From Deltaproteobacteria bacterium (lineage in GTDB: Bacteria > Myxococcota_A > UBA9160 > SMWR01): DNA of 64,000 bases. The position numbers and the translations under genes are program-made. Shown in pieces: positions 29,495 to 39,669 of this stretch. Where the stretch lies: NCBI GenBank assembly GCA_032128375.1, contig JAQBGU010000202.1, positions 25,620 through 89,619 of the forward strand, given 5' to 3'. Each line of letters begins with the position of its first letter. The first letter of the stretch is position 1. The notes below the pieces were generated by a model, which was given only the letters and a program-made list of their open reading frames with translations, ran no database searches and was not told where the DNA came from.

Positions 29495-31291
29495 TCACCT
29501 TGATCTCGGATCACAAGCATCGCCAAACCCGTCGACGTCACGATCGAGCTGATCCAGATTCGCGTCGTTTGGACAATTGTCGCATACATCGCCCAGGCCG
29601 TCTCCATCGTGATCTGCTTGATCAAGGTTGAATACATCGGGGCAGTTGTCAGCGGATCGCGGAAGAATTTCCGGGATTGCGTATCGCAGCTCCGGGTAAC
29701 GGCGCTGCGAGGCGGCCGTCTGTGGGCAATCGATGGGCGTCCAGTCGCCGAGCCGCACGTCACCCTCATCGCCGCAGGTCGGATGCGTTGGCGTCGGATG
29801 GACCTTTACCTGGGTTCGATCTTTCAATCTCAATCGCCGGATGCCATTGCGATCGATTCCGGCATTCGGATCGAGCTTTGGAAATCTGGGATCATTCGGG
29901 TTCCTGTAGAACTCAAAAGTGTAGGATCGAACACGCACTTCGTGTCGTGTGGGGTCGAAGACGGCAATCAGGTTTCGACCCTCTACTTCGTTCTGGTAAT
30001 CACGCTGAAGTCGCCACGAGTGATAGGGTCTTCCGACTGGCGGTGTGATCTTGTAGGACACGTCCAGATCTTCCCAGTGGTGCCCCTTGAGAGTCAGAAA
30101 CTCCTGTCCGACGGAGCGATCGAGGACATGTCCCGGGGTGATGCCTTCGTGGTTGAACAAGACCGCGCGAACTTGGGGGTTGAGAGAGGCGACACGGGCC
30201 GGCCAGCTTCGGGCGTCGCGCCCGAGCCCCAGTACGTTGCTGGATTCGAGCCCAATAAACAGGAACGGGATCCCACTGGCTGGAGAGCGAATCAGGCCCG
30301 CCCTGCTACGACCGGCCTGATGCGTCTTGGGACCACAGGTCTGAGTCGTTGGGTCGGTGCAAGGGGCCATGCCCAGTTGTCGTGAATAAGCTCTGATCCA
30401 TTCTCCGCCGTTCCAGGTGTCCGGCGGAGCGGACGAATCGTCCGGATCCGCAGGGACCACGGCTCCACCGCCGATGTACCACTGGTCTGGCTCGCACTTT
30501 CCGAGGCTTGTGCAGCGCGTCGCAGGCGCGGCGAATGTGCGGTCTGCATTCGATTCACCAAAATACTCGGAATAGAGATTGGAAGTGGCGAGTCGAAAGC
30601 TTCCTTCAAATGTAGTGCCATCGTAGTCGTGATTGCCGGGCACGGTGAGATAGGGGATCGGACTCGCCACTCCTTGCACTTTACAGCCCTCCAACTTCTC
30701 GAAGGCGCGCTCGAGTCGTAGCCATTCGCAGCGGTTATCGACGCATTCGCACTCGTCATTCGTGTACCCGGTGGAGGAAGAGTTGGCTTTACACTCCGCG
30801 ATGATTTCATCCGCGTAAGGATTGGGAATCCAGCCGTCCCGGCCTGGCTCACCTGGCGAGTAGGGAGCGATACGATCGTCCTGGCTGTTGTTGTTCACGA
30901 GATCACCGAGGTGCAAGAGGAGCGCGATGGGCATGGTTCTGCCGCCTTCGTCTTCTGCCCAGCCTGCGTGATTCTCGCAGACCCACTCCATGATCTTTTC
31001 AGTGCGGATGGCTTCCTGCTCCTCGAAGTCGATGTCGTTGCGATTGTATGGGTCGTTTTTCTCATCCGTCATATAGACCTGGGTATCCGGCATGATGAAC
31101 ACCGCGAAGCAGCCGTTGACCGGAACGTCGGCGCCGTCGAGAACCACATCGCCCTTGGCATCGAGCGCAACGCATTCTTTGGCGCTCGGTCCAGTGTCAC
31201 CACCGGCCCCGGCGGAGACTGCGAACGAGAGTTCGAACACCAGTCCCAGCAGGGCAGCAATACGTGCGCGTCGCGCCAATGCCCGAAGCAT
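29495..31291 (-). CDS. Secreted metallophosphoesterase-fold protein with C-terminal thrombospondin type 3 repeats
   Basis: Signal peptide; MPDTQ, HLGDLV, PGNHDY, GHH; DNCP...[15 protein letters not shown] x2. Confidence 0.8.
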   Translation of the reverse strand: MLRALARRARIAALLGLVFELSFAVSAGAGGDTGPSAKECVALDAKGDVVLDGADVPVNGCFAVFIMPDTQVYMTDEKNDPYNRNDIDFEEQEAIRTEKIMEWVCENHAGWAEDEGGRTMPIALLLHLGDLVNNNSQDDRIAPYSPGEPGRDGWIPNPYADEIIAECKANSSSTGYTNDECECVDNRCEWLRLERAFEKLEGCKVQGVASPIPYLTVPGNHDYDGTTFEGSFRLATSNLYSEYFGESNADRTFAAPATRCTSLGKCEPDQWYIGGGAVVPADPDDSSAPPDTWNGGEWIRAYSRQLGMAPCTDPTTQTCGPKTHQAGRSRAGLIRSPASGIPFLFIGLESSNVLGLGRDARSWPARVASLNPQVRAVLFNHEGITPGHVLDRSVGQEFLTLKGHHWEDLDVSYKITPPVGRPYHSWRLQRDYQNEVEGRNLIAVFDPTRHEVRVRSYTFEFYRNPNDPRFPKLDPNAGIDRNGIRRLRLKDRTQVKVHPTPTHPTCGDEGDVRLGDWTPIDCPQTAASQRRYPELRYAIPEILPRSADNCPDVFNLDQADHDGDGLGDVCDNCPNDANLDQLDRDVDGFGDACDPRSR

Positions 31292-31533
31292 CGCGAACTT
31301 CCCTTCATCGTCATCGGTTCGATAGCGCTCGGACCGCTCGTGCAGATCGAGCGCAAAATCGCCGCAGGTCTGGTGGGAAGGCCCAACCGACTCGGCGAAT
31401 TCTAGGCAAAGACAGACCCTCATCAAACCAGAGCACGCTCGCCGCGGCTCGGGTGAGTCGCGATCCGCCAGCTGCCCGAACGAAAACCTGCCCGCGAAGG
31501 TGGAGTCCAGCCTGTATGCTGGGACGATGTGCA

Positions 31534-32289
31534 ATGGCGGACTCTCGCGTGAATCATCCGAGCCAGAATGAAGGGGATGTCGACGTCTCGGTCGTCGTCG
31601 CTGCGCTCAACGAAGGCGAGAACGTGGCGCCTCTGCTGTTCGAGATCATGCAAGCCTTCGAAGGGGGCACCCACACCTACGAGGTGATCTTCGTCGACGA
31701 TGGCAGCACCGATGAAACCGCAGAGGTTCTGACGGCGCTCGCCCTCGAACATCCGGTTGTTCGAAACGTTCATCACACGCGAAACCACGGCCAAAGCGCT
31801 GCGCAGGCCACGGGTTTTCGAGTCGCGCGGGGTGAGGTGATCATCACGATGGACGCCGATCAGCAAAACGATCCGGCAGACATGGCGGCGCTTCTCGAGG
31901 CTCTGACGGCGGAGGTCGATTGCGTTTGCGGCGTTCGAATCGTTCGCAAAGACAACTGGATTCGCAAGATCTCGTCGAAAATCGCCAACGGCTTCCGGGA
32001 TTTTGTGACGGGCGACAAAGTCAGCGATGCCGGCTGTACCTTTCGGTCGATCCGGCGCTCGGCATTGCGCGAGGTCCCGGTCTTCAACGGAATGCACCGA
32101 TTCTTGCCCACCATGCTGCGTATCCAGGGTTATCGGATCGCCGAGATCCCCGTCAATCATCGGCCCCGCACGCGGGGATCGTCCAAGTACGGCATCAGCA
32201 ATCGGTTGTGGCGGGGGATCCGCGACTGTTTCGCGATCCGCTGGTATCGCGCGCGCGTCATCGAAAGCGATCGCGTTCGAGATGGCTGA
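31534..32289 (+). CDS. GT2 polyprenyl-phosphate glycosyltransferase (DPM1/ArnC-like)
   Basis: [43 protein letters not shown]. Confidence 0.92.
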   Translation: MADSRVNHPSQNEGDVDVSVVVAALNEGENVAPLLFEIMQAFEGGTHTYEVIFVDDGSTDETAEVLTALALEHPVVRNVHHTRNHGQSAAQATGFRVARGEVIITMDADQQNDPADMAALLEALTAEVDCVCGVRIVRKDNWIRKISSKIANGFRDFVTGDKVSDAGCTFRSIRRSALREVPVFNGMHRFLPTMLRIQGYRIAEIPVNHRPRTRGSSKYGISNRLWRGIRDCFAIRWYRARVIESDRVRDG

Positions 32290-33025
32290 CTTACGGACGC
32301 TCGGCACAAGCAACGCAGAACCGGATGTCTTCGCCGAGGACCGAGTCCAGACCCTCAAGCGTACGACCTACAAGGCCGCGAGGATGATCCTGTTCGTGAC
32401 CGTCTGTGTCTTCCTCGTGCATTTCACACCGCTCAAGGGATTCCTCGGCGATCTAGAGTCGCTTCGAGCCTCCCTCACAAGCACGGGCTTCTGGGCACCG
32501 GCCGCCTTCTTCGCGATCGCAACGGTGTCGATTTTCGTCGGCGCGCCGCGGCTGCCGTATTGCATGCTCGGCGGCGTGCTCTTCGGTTTCGTGCAAGGGC
32601 TGCTGCTGTCCCAAGTCGCGACCCTGCTCGGCGCCTACGGCCCATACCTCTTCGCGCGACACAGTACCGGTGAGTTCATCTCCAGAAGGCTCAAGAGGAT
32701 CGACCGCTTCGCCCTGTATTTCGATGACCCCAGCGTGCTGAACGTCTTCTGGATCCGGCAGATCCCGGTCTGGGGCGCATTCACCAATCTCTGCCTGGGG
32801 TCGCTCGGCGTATCTCACGGGACGTTCATCGTCGGATCGTTTCTCGGCTTCCTGCCCCAGGCCATGCTGTTTACATTGATCGGGAGCGGATTGGTGGAAG
32901 AATCTCTCTTGCGCGCACTCTCCCAGATCTGGATCGCGGTCCCCTTCTTGCTTCTCGCGGTCTTCGGCATCTCGCGATACGCCGCTGCCGGAAAAGGCCG
33001 GAAGCGCCGGGCGCAAAGCGACTAG
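32282..33025 (+). CDS. VTT-domain (TVP38/TMEM64, DedA superfamily) membrane protein
   Basis: GGVLFGFVQG, RQIP, GSFLGFLP; overlaps the GT2 stop. Confidence 0.85.
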   Translation: MADLRTLGTSNAEPDVFAEDRVQTLKRTTYKAARMILFVTVCVFLVHFTPLKGFLGDLESLRASLTSTGFWAPAAFFAIATVSIFVGAPRLPYCMLGGVLFGFVQGLLLSQVATLLGAYGPYLFARHSTGEFISRRLKRIDRFALYFDDPSVLNVFWIRQIPVWGAFTNLCLGSLGVSHGTFIVGSFLGFLPQAMLFTLIGSGLVEESLLRALSQIWIAVPFLLLAVFGISRYAAAGKGRKRRAQSD

Positions 33026-33026
33026 T

Positions 33027-34526
33027 ATGTCCGAATCGCGGTCGGACCCGAGCGCCCCGATCTTCCCCGCCGTCTTGGCCTACTGGCTCGCGGGCTTGTT
33101 CATCCTTCTCGCCCTTCCGACCCTCGTCACCTACGCAGATCTCCCGATCGTGCGCAACGCACTGGTCTACGCGCGAATCGCTGACTTCATGCTCGAACAA
33201 GGCCGCGATTTTTCGGTCGCAGAGCACGCCTACAACAAGGCCATTGGCTTTCCCGCGCTCTCGCTACCCATGGTCGCGCTCTTCGGAGGAAACTTCGGCC
33301 TCAAGGTCGCCTCCTTCGTGTGGACCAGCATCTGGATCGTTTCGGTCGTGTTCTTCATCGAGCGACTGAAGCGGGTCTTTGCCTGGGACGACGGGCCGAC
33401 GCCGAGTACGACGCTGTGTCTGGCCGTGTTCTTCGTGAATCCTCTGGTGTACTACCAGTTCGTGTCCGCCTATCCGGACTCTTTGAATGCACTGGCCTTC
33501 CTGTGGTCCATGTACTTCCTGGAGCGCATGACTTCGCGCGGCGCCCGTACGTGGGATGGCGTGAGCTTCTTTGCGCTGCTCGTCTTGTCGATATGGATCA
33601 AGCACCACGGATTCGTTCTCTTTGCGCTCTTGCTGACTTTCTCGCTCTGCAGAATTTCGAACCTGACCTGGCAGTGGCGCCACGCCCGCCCTGCAATCGC
33701 ACTCAGCGCAATGGGTCTTTGTCTTTCCCTGGTGATCATCGGACTGGCCCAGAGCGGTTTTCTCGAAATATTCAACATGTCTCAGAACCGCGGAAACTAT
33801 GGCGGCGGGTTCGGCAGACTCGGGGTCATCGTCAAACGGAACCTGGCCTTCATCAAGAACTATTTGTGGCTCTCCTTCACGATTCTGCTTCCCTTTCTGC
33901 TGCGCTGGAGATCGCTTTCGAAATACAAGGAATGGTATCTGTCGATCGTCGTCTTCATCGCGACGATCCTCGCCTACGAGGGTGCGCGCTACAACCTTCG
34001 CTACTACCTCCCCATCGCACCCCTGCTCGCCTGGATCGTCTGCAACAACCTCGTACGTATCCCACGACGCCTGGCCGTTGTACTCTTGCTCGCGTTCTTC
34101 TCGAGCAATGGCTTCTTCACGCTGTACTACAACAACCTCGCCGTCGCGAAGACCGTCAACCGGACGCACACCTTTCCCTTTCGCGACAACCTGCGCTTGA
34201 TCAAGGAGCAGCAATTCCGAAAAAATGACATCGACGCCATCAACGCCGAGGTCCGGACCCAAGTCAATGTGCTCTTCTTGTCTCTGCCCTATTACCGCGG
34301 CGCTGGGTTCTATATCTGGGAGCGCGCCGGACTTTTCGCGCCGGGACTCGAGATCCAGTACATGGACGAGCCGAATTGGGAGTTCATCAACGACTACGCG
34401 AGGAAGCACGGGCTCAGCCAAGCTCTATACTTCGGTGGTGTCAATGAAGCCGCGCGCATGAAATGGGGATCGCGGGTGAGTTGGGGGAAGCTCACGAGCA
34501 TGTCGTATCTCCTCACCTTTCGGTGA
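33027..34526 (+). CDS. Multi-TM GT-C-like (ArnT/GT39-like) glycosyltransferase
   Basis: Many TM segments, AYPD, WIKHHG, RYYLPIAP, soluble C-terminal tail; operonic with GT2 and VTT. Confidence 0.6.
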   Translation: MSESRSDPSAPIFPAVLAYWLAGLFILLALPTLVTYADLPIVRNALVYARIADFMLEQGRDFSVAEHAYNKAIGFPALSLPMVALFGGNFGLKVASFVWTSIWIVSVVFFIERLKRVFAWDDGPTPSTTLCLAVFFVNPLVYYQFVSAYPDSLNALAFLWSMYFLERMTSRGARTWDGVSFFALLVLSIWIKHHGFVLFALLLTFSLCRISNLTWQWRHARPAIALSAMGLCLSLVIIGLAQSGFLEIFNMSQNRGNYGGGFGRLGVIVKRNLAFIKNYLWLSFTILLPFLLRWRSLSKYKEWYLSIVVFIATILAYEGARYNLRYYLPIAPLLAWIVCNNLVRIPRRLAVVLLLAFFSSNGFFTLYYNNLAVAKTVNRTHTFPFRDNLRLIKEQQFRKNDIDAINAEVRTQVNVLFLSLPYYRGAGFYIWERAGLFAPGLEIQYMDEPNWEFINDYARKHGLSQALYFGGVNEAARMKWGSRVSWGKLTSMSYLLTFR

Positions 34527-34581
34527 CCGCCCCGGGGCGGCTCGAACTGCAAGCCGGAAAGATCACCGGAAGCGAGAATGT

Positions 34582-36573
34582 GTGAAGCCCCCGGACTCCC
34601 GTAGGCGATCAGCTCGGCGATTCGACGCAAACGAGAAGCGTCCAGCTCCGTTGGGTGATCTCACGCGGCGATTCTCGAGCGTTGTACTCATCACGCTCGT
34701 CTCTGCGTATCTCTATGTGTTTCTGGAATGGTTGTTCTTCTTGACCAAACCGTCGTTCTTGAGTGCATCCACATTTTCAACTGCGCTGGTCATTCTGGCG
34801 GTGACACCCTTGGGACTACTCATCCCGGCGGTCGCGGGCACTTCGGCTCTTTTGGGCGTCGCATTCGCTTCGTCTCGCGTGACCCAGGCGCATTCCGCTC
34901 TTGCTGCGCGGATTTGGGGCTCTCTTCTCATCATACCCACGCTGATCTTCGCGACCCTGTTGCTGCTTCTGGTCGACAATTTTACCTACACGATTTGGCA
35001 GTTCGGCATCGTGAATACGGAAGGCGAATCGGTCTGGGCCTACACCATGGCTTTCCTGGGACTCACGATCTTGACATTCCGCTGGTTGGCGAAGCTCGAA
35101 AGGGTCATTTCTTCCCGTAGTCGATCGGTCAGGAGGCGGCTGCTAATCGGTGTCAGCGGGCTCACGATTCTCTCTGTTCTTTGTCTGGGATTCGTTGATC
35201 GCCAAACCATGGGGTGGTCCAGATATCTGTCAGAATCGGGTGTTGATCCGGCGGCCCTCAACAAGCCCAATATTCTGATCTACACCTCTGATGGTGTGAG
35301 TGCCACGCATCTATCTGCCTATGGTTATCGAAAGAAGACAACTCCGTTCATCGATCGATTCGTCCAAGAATATCCCGTTCTCTTCTTCGAGAACGCCTAT
35401 TCCAACGCAGCCAATACCGGTGGCTCGCTCACTTCTCTGTTCACCAGCAAATATCCGTATACTGTGCGAGTCCTTCAGGCTCCACAAATTCTCCGGGGCA
35501 ACGATTCACTGGAGCATTTTCCAGGGATCCTGAAAAATCTCGGCTATCGAAGCAGCTACACCGGAATGCGATATTTTGCCGATCCGTTCGACTTCAACCT
35601 GCTCAATTCGTTCGACGCGGCCAATGATCGAGTCGCATCCAGATCCGAGCTGCACAGCACCATCTCCGGGGTTGCGGGGCAGTCGGCTGCATTCTTCGCA
35701 CGAACGCTCTTCGATCGTGCTTCCGAACGAATCCTGCATCTATTGCACATTCAACCCATTGAAGACGTGTACACGGCGGTCACGAAGGGACTACCCAAGG
35801 CCGCTCGATACACGAACCTCTCTGAACGACTCATCCGATTCATCGATGAGTCAGACGAACCATTCTTTGCCTTCGCTCACAACATGGGTACACACGGACC
35901 CGAGTTCTACAATTTTCCGCCTACCCGAAAATTTTCCCAATGGGAAACTCGATCCGATGGCTACGCTTTGGACTCATACGACAATGCAATCCGGGGATAT
36001 GATTTCAGTTTGCAACAAGTCGTGGAGCATCTGGAAAAGACCGGGAGATTGGAGAACACGATCATCGTGATTGGTTCTGATCATGGAGCGAAGTGGAACC
36101 AATTGGAGCGTGTACCCTTGATCATGTATTTCCCTGACGGCGAACATGCAGGGAGAACCAGTGTGAATGTTCAGAATCTTGATATTGCTCCTACGATTCT
36201 GGAATACCTTGGTCTGCCAAAGCCTCATTGGATGGAAGGCCGGTCAGTTCTGGTGCCCGAAAAAATCCAGGAAATTCCGATTGTTGGGACGCGGGTCTGG
36301 GAAGCCTTTGATTTTGAAAAAGACGGGTCATACAAAAGGGTGCCGGTCGGTGGGGAGATCTCGCCCAGATACCTTTTTGCCAGACTCAGCGTGATCTATT
36401 GTGATACTGCGCTCGATTTTCGCATGCAGGACAACATTGTGGAACGAAAGCGAATCCCCGGGCACACCGGAGCATGTGACCAGGCTAGTGTTCCCGATGA
36501 CAACGATTTCAAGAACTTCGTGAGAGATCAGTTCTTACGAACTGGGTACGATGTCTCGTGGTTGGACGACTGA
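34582..36573 (+). CDS. Membrane-anchored alkaline-phosphatase-superfamily (sulfatase-like) transferase
   Basis: About 5 N-terminal TMs, PNILIYTSDG, NTGGSLTSLFT, HGP, SDHG, DIAPTILE; visibly more AT-rich. Confidence 0.85.
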   Translation: MKPPDSRRRSARRFDANEKRPAPLGDLTRRFSSVVLITLVSAYLYVFLEWLFFLTKPSFLSASTFSTALVILAVTPLGLLIPAVAGTSALLGVAFASSRVTQAHSALAARIWGSLLIIPTLIFATLLLLLVDNFTYTIWQFGIVNTEGESVWAYTMAFLGLTILTFRWLAKLERVISSRSRSVRRRLLIGVSGLTILSVLCLGFVDRQTMGWSRYLSESGVDPAALNKPNILIYTSDGVSATHLSAYGYRKKTTPFIDRFVQEYPVLFFENAYSNAANTGGSLTSLFTSKYPYTVRVLQAPQILRGNDSLEHFPGILKNLGYRSSYTGMRYFADPFDFNLLNSFDAANDRVASRSELHSTISGVAGQSAAFFARTLFDRASERILHLLHIQPIEDVYTAVTKGLPKAARYTNLSERLIRFIDESDEPFFAFAHNMGTHGPEFYNFPPTRKFSQWETRSDGYALDSYDNAIRGYDFSLQQVVEHLEKTGRLENTIIVIGSDHGAKWNQLERVPLIMYFPDGEHAGRTSVNVQNLDIAPTILEYLGLPKPHWMEGRSVLVPEKIQEIPIVGTRVWEAFDFEKDGSYKRVPVGGEISPRYLFARLSVIYCDTALDFRMQDNIVERKRIPGHTGACDQASVPDDNDFKNFVRDQFLRTGYDVSWLDD

Positions 36574-36610
36574 CACAGACTCCGGACCGATCTCAGTCGT
36601 CGGTTCCGAT

Positions 36611-38182
36611 TCACTCCGTCCAGGTGAAGCGAACGCCGTCCGGTCCGGGTTGCTGCACGAGCGCGCCCAGTTCGATTACGCGTTGCAACTCGGGCGACAC
36701 GAGATCTGCGGGTTCGCCGGTATGCTCTATGACGGCTGTTGCCAGTTCGGCCAACGGGTCGGCCGAGCGGAACGGCGCGAAGCTGTCGACCGCGTCGTCG
36801 AGCAGCATTTTCCACAACAACGTCTGGCGCCGTCGCCGCTCGTAGCCCTGCAGCTCGTAGCCAGACAGTTCGCCCTTTGCGTACAGATGGTCCTGATACT
36901 TGTAGTAGCCATTGATCGTATTTTCGTAGTCGTCATACACTGATTGCAGCACTTCGACCTTGGCGCCGCCCGTGCGCGACACCACATGGTTGGCGTCGTA
37001 CTGGGTCCAATCGCTGTTCAGAATATCGAGGCCATAGTCGCCGGCGCGGTCGCGCACCTCGGTGCCGGGAAATGGCGCCAGGATGTGGAAACCGTACAAC
37101 GAGCCGAACTCGTGTTTCAGCGATTCCGCGAACTCCACCGTCTTGCGTAACGTCTGCTCTGTCTCGCCGGGCAGGCCGATGATGAAGGATGCCAGCGCAG
37201 ATATGCCGACCTCTTGCGTCATCCGCATTGCGTCGCGCACCATGGCGAGGTTTGACTTCTTTTTCACCAAGTCGAGCACTTCCTGGTTGCCGCTCTCGAC
37301 ACCGAAGCAGATCGCTTGGCAACCGGCGCGCGCCATCGTTTGGACGATTTCCGGGCTTATCGTATCAACGCGCGAGAAAGCATTCCAACGGATGCCGGTG
37401 TTGCGTCGCTCGAGTTCGCCGCAGACCGCCAGGAAGTGTTTGCGATACAGCGTGAACAGATCGTCTTCGATCGTGATCTCTCGGAAGCCGAGTTCGGCCA
37501 GTTCCTCGACCTCGTCGACACATTGAATCGGGTTGCGGTAGCGGACCTGACGGCCGGTCCAAGCCGGCGCCGAGCAGAAGATACACTCGAACGGACAACC
37601 ACGGGAAGTGACGATGCTGGCGTGACTGTCGAACGCCAGGTAACGCGCCAGTGGCATCAGGTCGCGCGCCGGCGGCGCGAGCTGGTCGAGGTCGTCTTCG
37701 AGCGGACGTTTCGCTGTGCGATGGATCTTCTCGGTGTCGCGATCGCGCAGTGCCAGGCCGCGCACGTCGCGCACGTCCATTCGGCCCTCGAGCGCGCGCG
37801 TCAGCTCCACCATCGTGTGCTCGCCTTCGCCGATCCCAATGTAGTCGAGTGCAGGGAGGTCGCGAAATGAGCCCTCGATTTCGAACGAGACGTGTGGCCC
37901 GCCCATCGCGATCGGGACTTCGCCGTCGCACTTGCGCACGACCTCTGCGATGCCGCTGGCGATGTGATGATTGAGCGTCACCGAGGTGATCCCAACCAGT
38001 TGCGGGCGGAAGCTCTGCATCCGGCGTTCGATCTTTTCAGGCGTGGTGCGGGCGAGCAACAGGTCGAGGATCTCGACCTCGTGGCCGTCGGCGCGAAGCG
38101 CTGCGGCCACGTATGGCAGCGTGACGAGTAACCGCGGAAATTCTTCGAAAGGATAGGAGGGATTCACCAGCAGTACGCGCAC
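36611..38182 (-). CDS. Cobalamin-binding radical SAM protein
   Basis: N-terminal B12-binding domain (GGPHVS), SRGCPFECIFC, FGVESG, FIIGLPGET; AAGGAG SD before GTG. Confidence 0.92.
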   Translation of the reverse strand: MRVLLVNPSYPFEEFPRLLVTLPYVAAALRADGHEVEILDLLLARTTPEKIERRMQSFRPQLVGITSVTLNHHIASGIAEVVRKCDGEVPIAMGGPHVSFEIEGSFRDLPALDYIGIGEGEHTMVELTRALEGRMDVRDVRGLALRDRDTEKIHRTAKRPLEDDLDQLAPPARDLMPLARYLAFDSHASIVTSRGCPFECIFCSAPAWTGRQVRYRNPIQCVDEVEELAELGFREITIEDDLFTLYRKHFLAVCGELERRNTGIRWNAFSRVDTISPEIVQTMARAGCQAICFGVESGNQEVLDLVKKKSNLAMVRDAMRMTQEVGISALASFIIGLPGETEQTLRKTVEFAESLKHEFGSLYGFHILAPFPGTEVRDRAGDYGLDILNSDWTQYDANHVVSRTGGAKVEVLQSVYDDYENTINGYYKYQDHLYAKGELSGYELQGYERRRRQTLLWKMLLDDAVDSFAPFRSADPLAELATAVIEHTGEPADLVSPELQRVIELGALVQQPGPDGVRFTWTE

Positions 38183-38307
38183 GACGTCTCCTTGCTGAAT
38201 TTCCGGTCCGCCGTTTGCGCGCCCGCCGCGCGTGTTGGCACCGGGTGGCGTCATTCTAAGCTGTTTCTGGGCGCCCGCGCCATCGTGTTGAAACTCTCGA
38301 GACGGGT

Positions 38308-38350
38308 CCGCTGTTGTACCGCTGTTGTACCGTGTTGTACCGTGTTGTAC
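38308..38350. repeat. Four direct repeats of TGTTGTAC at 11/10/10-bp spacing in a divergent intergenic region
   Basis: CCGCTGTTGTA CCGCTGTTGTA CCGTGTTGTA CCGTGTTGTAC. Confidence 0.85.
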
Positions 38351-38448
38351 ATCGCGAATCATGGGGTAGCCTGCGCTGCGGCTGCATAGCCCCGACGCAG
38401 TCACCCTCGAGCCGCAGATTGCAGGCTCCAAATCGTCCGAGGATCTGG

Positions 38449-39441
38449 ATGCCTGTCTTTCCCTCCGCGAATCGCGTAGTCGTATCGCCCATCGGTCGGA
38501 TAGACCCGATCACGCTTTCCGTCCATGAATTCCCCGCCAGCGATCACGCCTCTGGACCCGCCGTAATCTTCTGTCACGGTTTTCCTGATCTCGCATTCGG
38601 TTGGCGCAATCAGCTGTCGGCGATTGCTGATGCGGGCTTTCGGGCCATCGCACCCGATCAGCGAGGTTACGGTGGAAGTAGCGCACCGTCGGCCGTCGAG
38701 GCCTATGGAATCACAGAACTCACCAGCGATCTCGTCGGATTGCTCGACGCACTCGAGATCGAACAGGCGTACTTCGTCGGCCACGACTGGGGTGGTTTCG
38801 TTGCTTGGGCGATGCCCGTATTGCATCCCGATCGCGTCCTTGGCGTCGCCGGCCTGTGCACGCCCTACATGCCATTTCCGAGTGTGGACAAACATCTAGC
38901 GGTGGTAGGCGGTGAGATCGACCGGCAGTATGTCGCCTGGTTTCAGCAGCCGGGCGTGGCCGAAGCGGAGATGGATCGCAACGTTCGCCCCATACTCACG
39001 CGCATCCTGAGGGCCGGTGTTCCGCTCGAAGAAACCATCAAGTTCGCATTGGCGGGTGGTAGGTTGAACATGAACCCGTTCAAGAACGCCGAGAGTTGGC
39101 CGATCCTGGGGGAGGCACTGGGGTCGTCGCAAGATCTGAACGAATATTGCAAGGTCTATCGAGACGCTGGATTCCGCGGTGGCATCAACTGGTACAGAAA
39201 CATCGACCGCAACGCGGCGGAGCACCCAGGGGTCGGTACCCAGAAGCTGGAGACCCCATGCCTGATGATGACGGCCGGGTGGGATCCCGGTCTCCGACCC
39301 GAATTCGCGGAACCAATGAGAGACTTGTGCGCGGACCTCGAGATTCACCACATCGAGCGTGTAGGCCATTGGATTCAACAGGAGGCCCACGAGGTAGTAA
39401 CCGGCTTTCTCCTCGGGTGGCTGAGGCGCGTGAGCACCTAA
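38449..39441 (+). CDS. Epoxide hydrolase-like alpha/beta hydrolase
   Basis: HGFP, PDQRGYG, GHDWG, NWYRN, GHWIQQE. Confidence 0.92.
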   Translation: MPVFPSANRVVVSPIGRIDPITLSVHEFPASDHASGPAVIFCHGFPDLAFGWRNQLSAIADAGFRAIAPDQRGYGGSSAPSAVEAYGITELTSDLVGLLDALEIEQAYFVGHDWGGFVAWAMPVLHPDRVLGVAGLCTPYMPFPSVDKHLAVVGGEIDRQYVAWFQQPGVAEAEMDRNVRPILTRILRAGVPLEETIKFALAGGRLNMNPFKNAESWPILGEALGSSQDLNEYCKVYRDAGFRGGINWYRNIDRNAAEHPGVGTQKLETPCLMMTAGWDPGLRPEFAEPMRDLCADLEIHHIERVGHWIQQEAHEVVTGFLLGWLRRVST

Positions 39442-39449
39442 CCACGCGC

Positions 39450-39570
39450 TCAAGAGTCCTGCCGCGCCTGGGAGGGTGCCGGCTGCGGACCGCGAATCAA
39501 TTTCGCCGGTGGGCTCACCATCCTCATAGATGACCTCTCCGCTGCAAATCGTGTAGCGATATCCATCACC
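39450..39570 (-). pseudogene. Orphan 3' remnant of a D-aminoacylase-family amidohydrolase
   Basis: GYRYTICSGEVIYEDGEPTG then, after a frameshift, KLIRGPQPAP; resembles the C-terminus of the 19438-21243 protein. Confidence 0.6.
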
Positions 39571-39669
39571 TCACGCCGCAGGACCACGAGCGAAAGCCAT
39601 TTGTTCGATTGAGCGAGCATCTTGTTTCTCCATGGGTGGAGCAGTTGTCGTTCCTTGGCGCGGCATTGG

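Noticed and set aside
38308..38350. Possible CRISPR array or iterons (also the repeats at 4135 and 19183)
   Set aside because: Units are 10-13 bp, contiguous, without unique spacers; no cas or rep genes in the window
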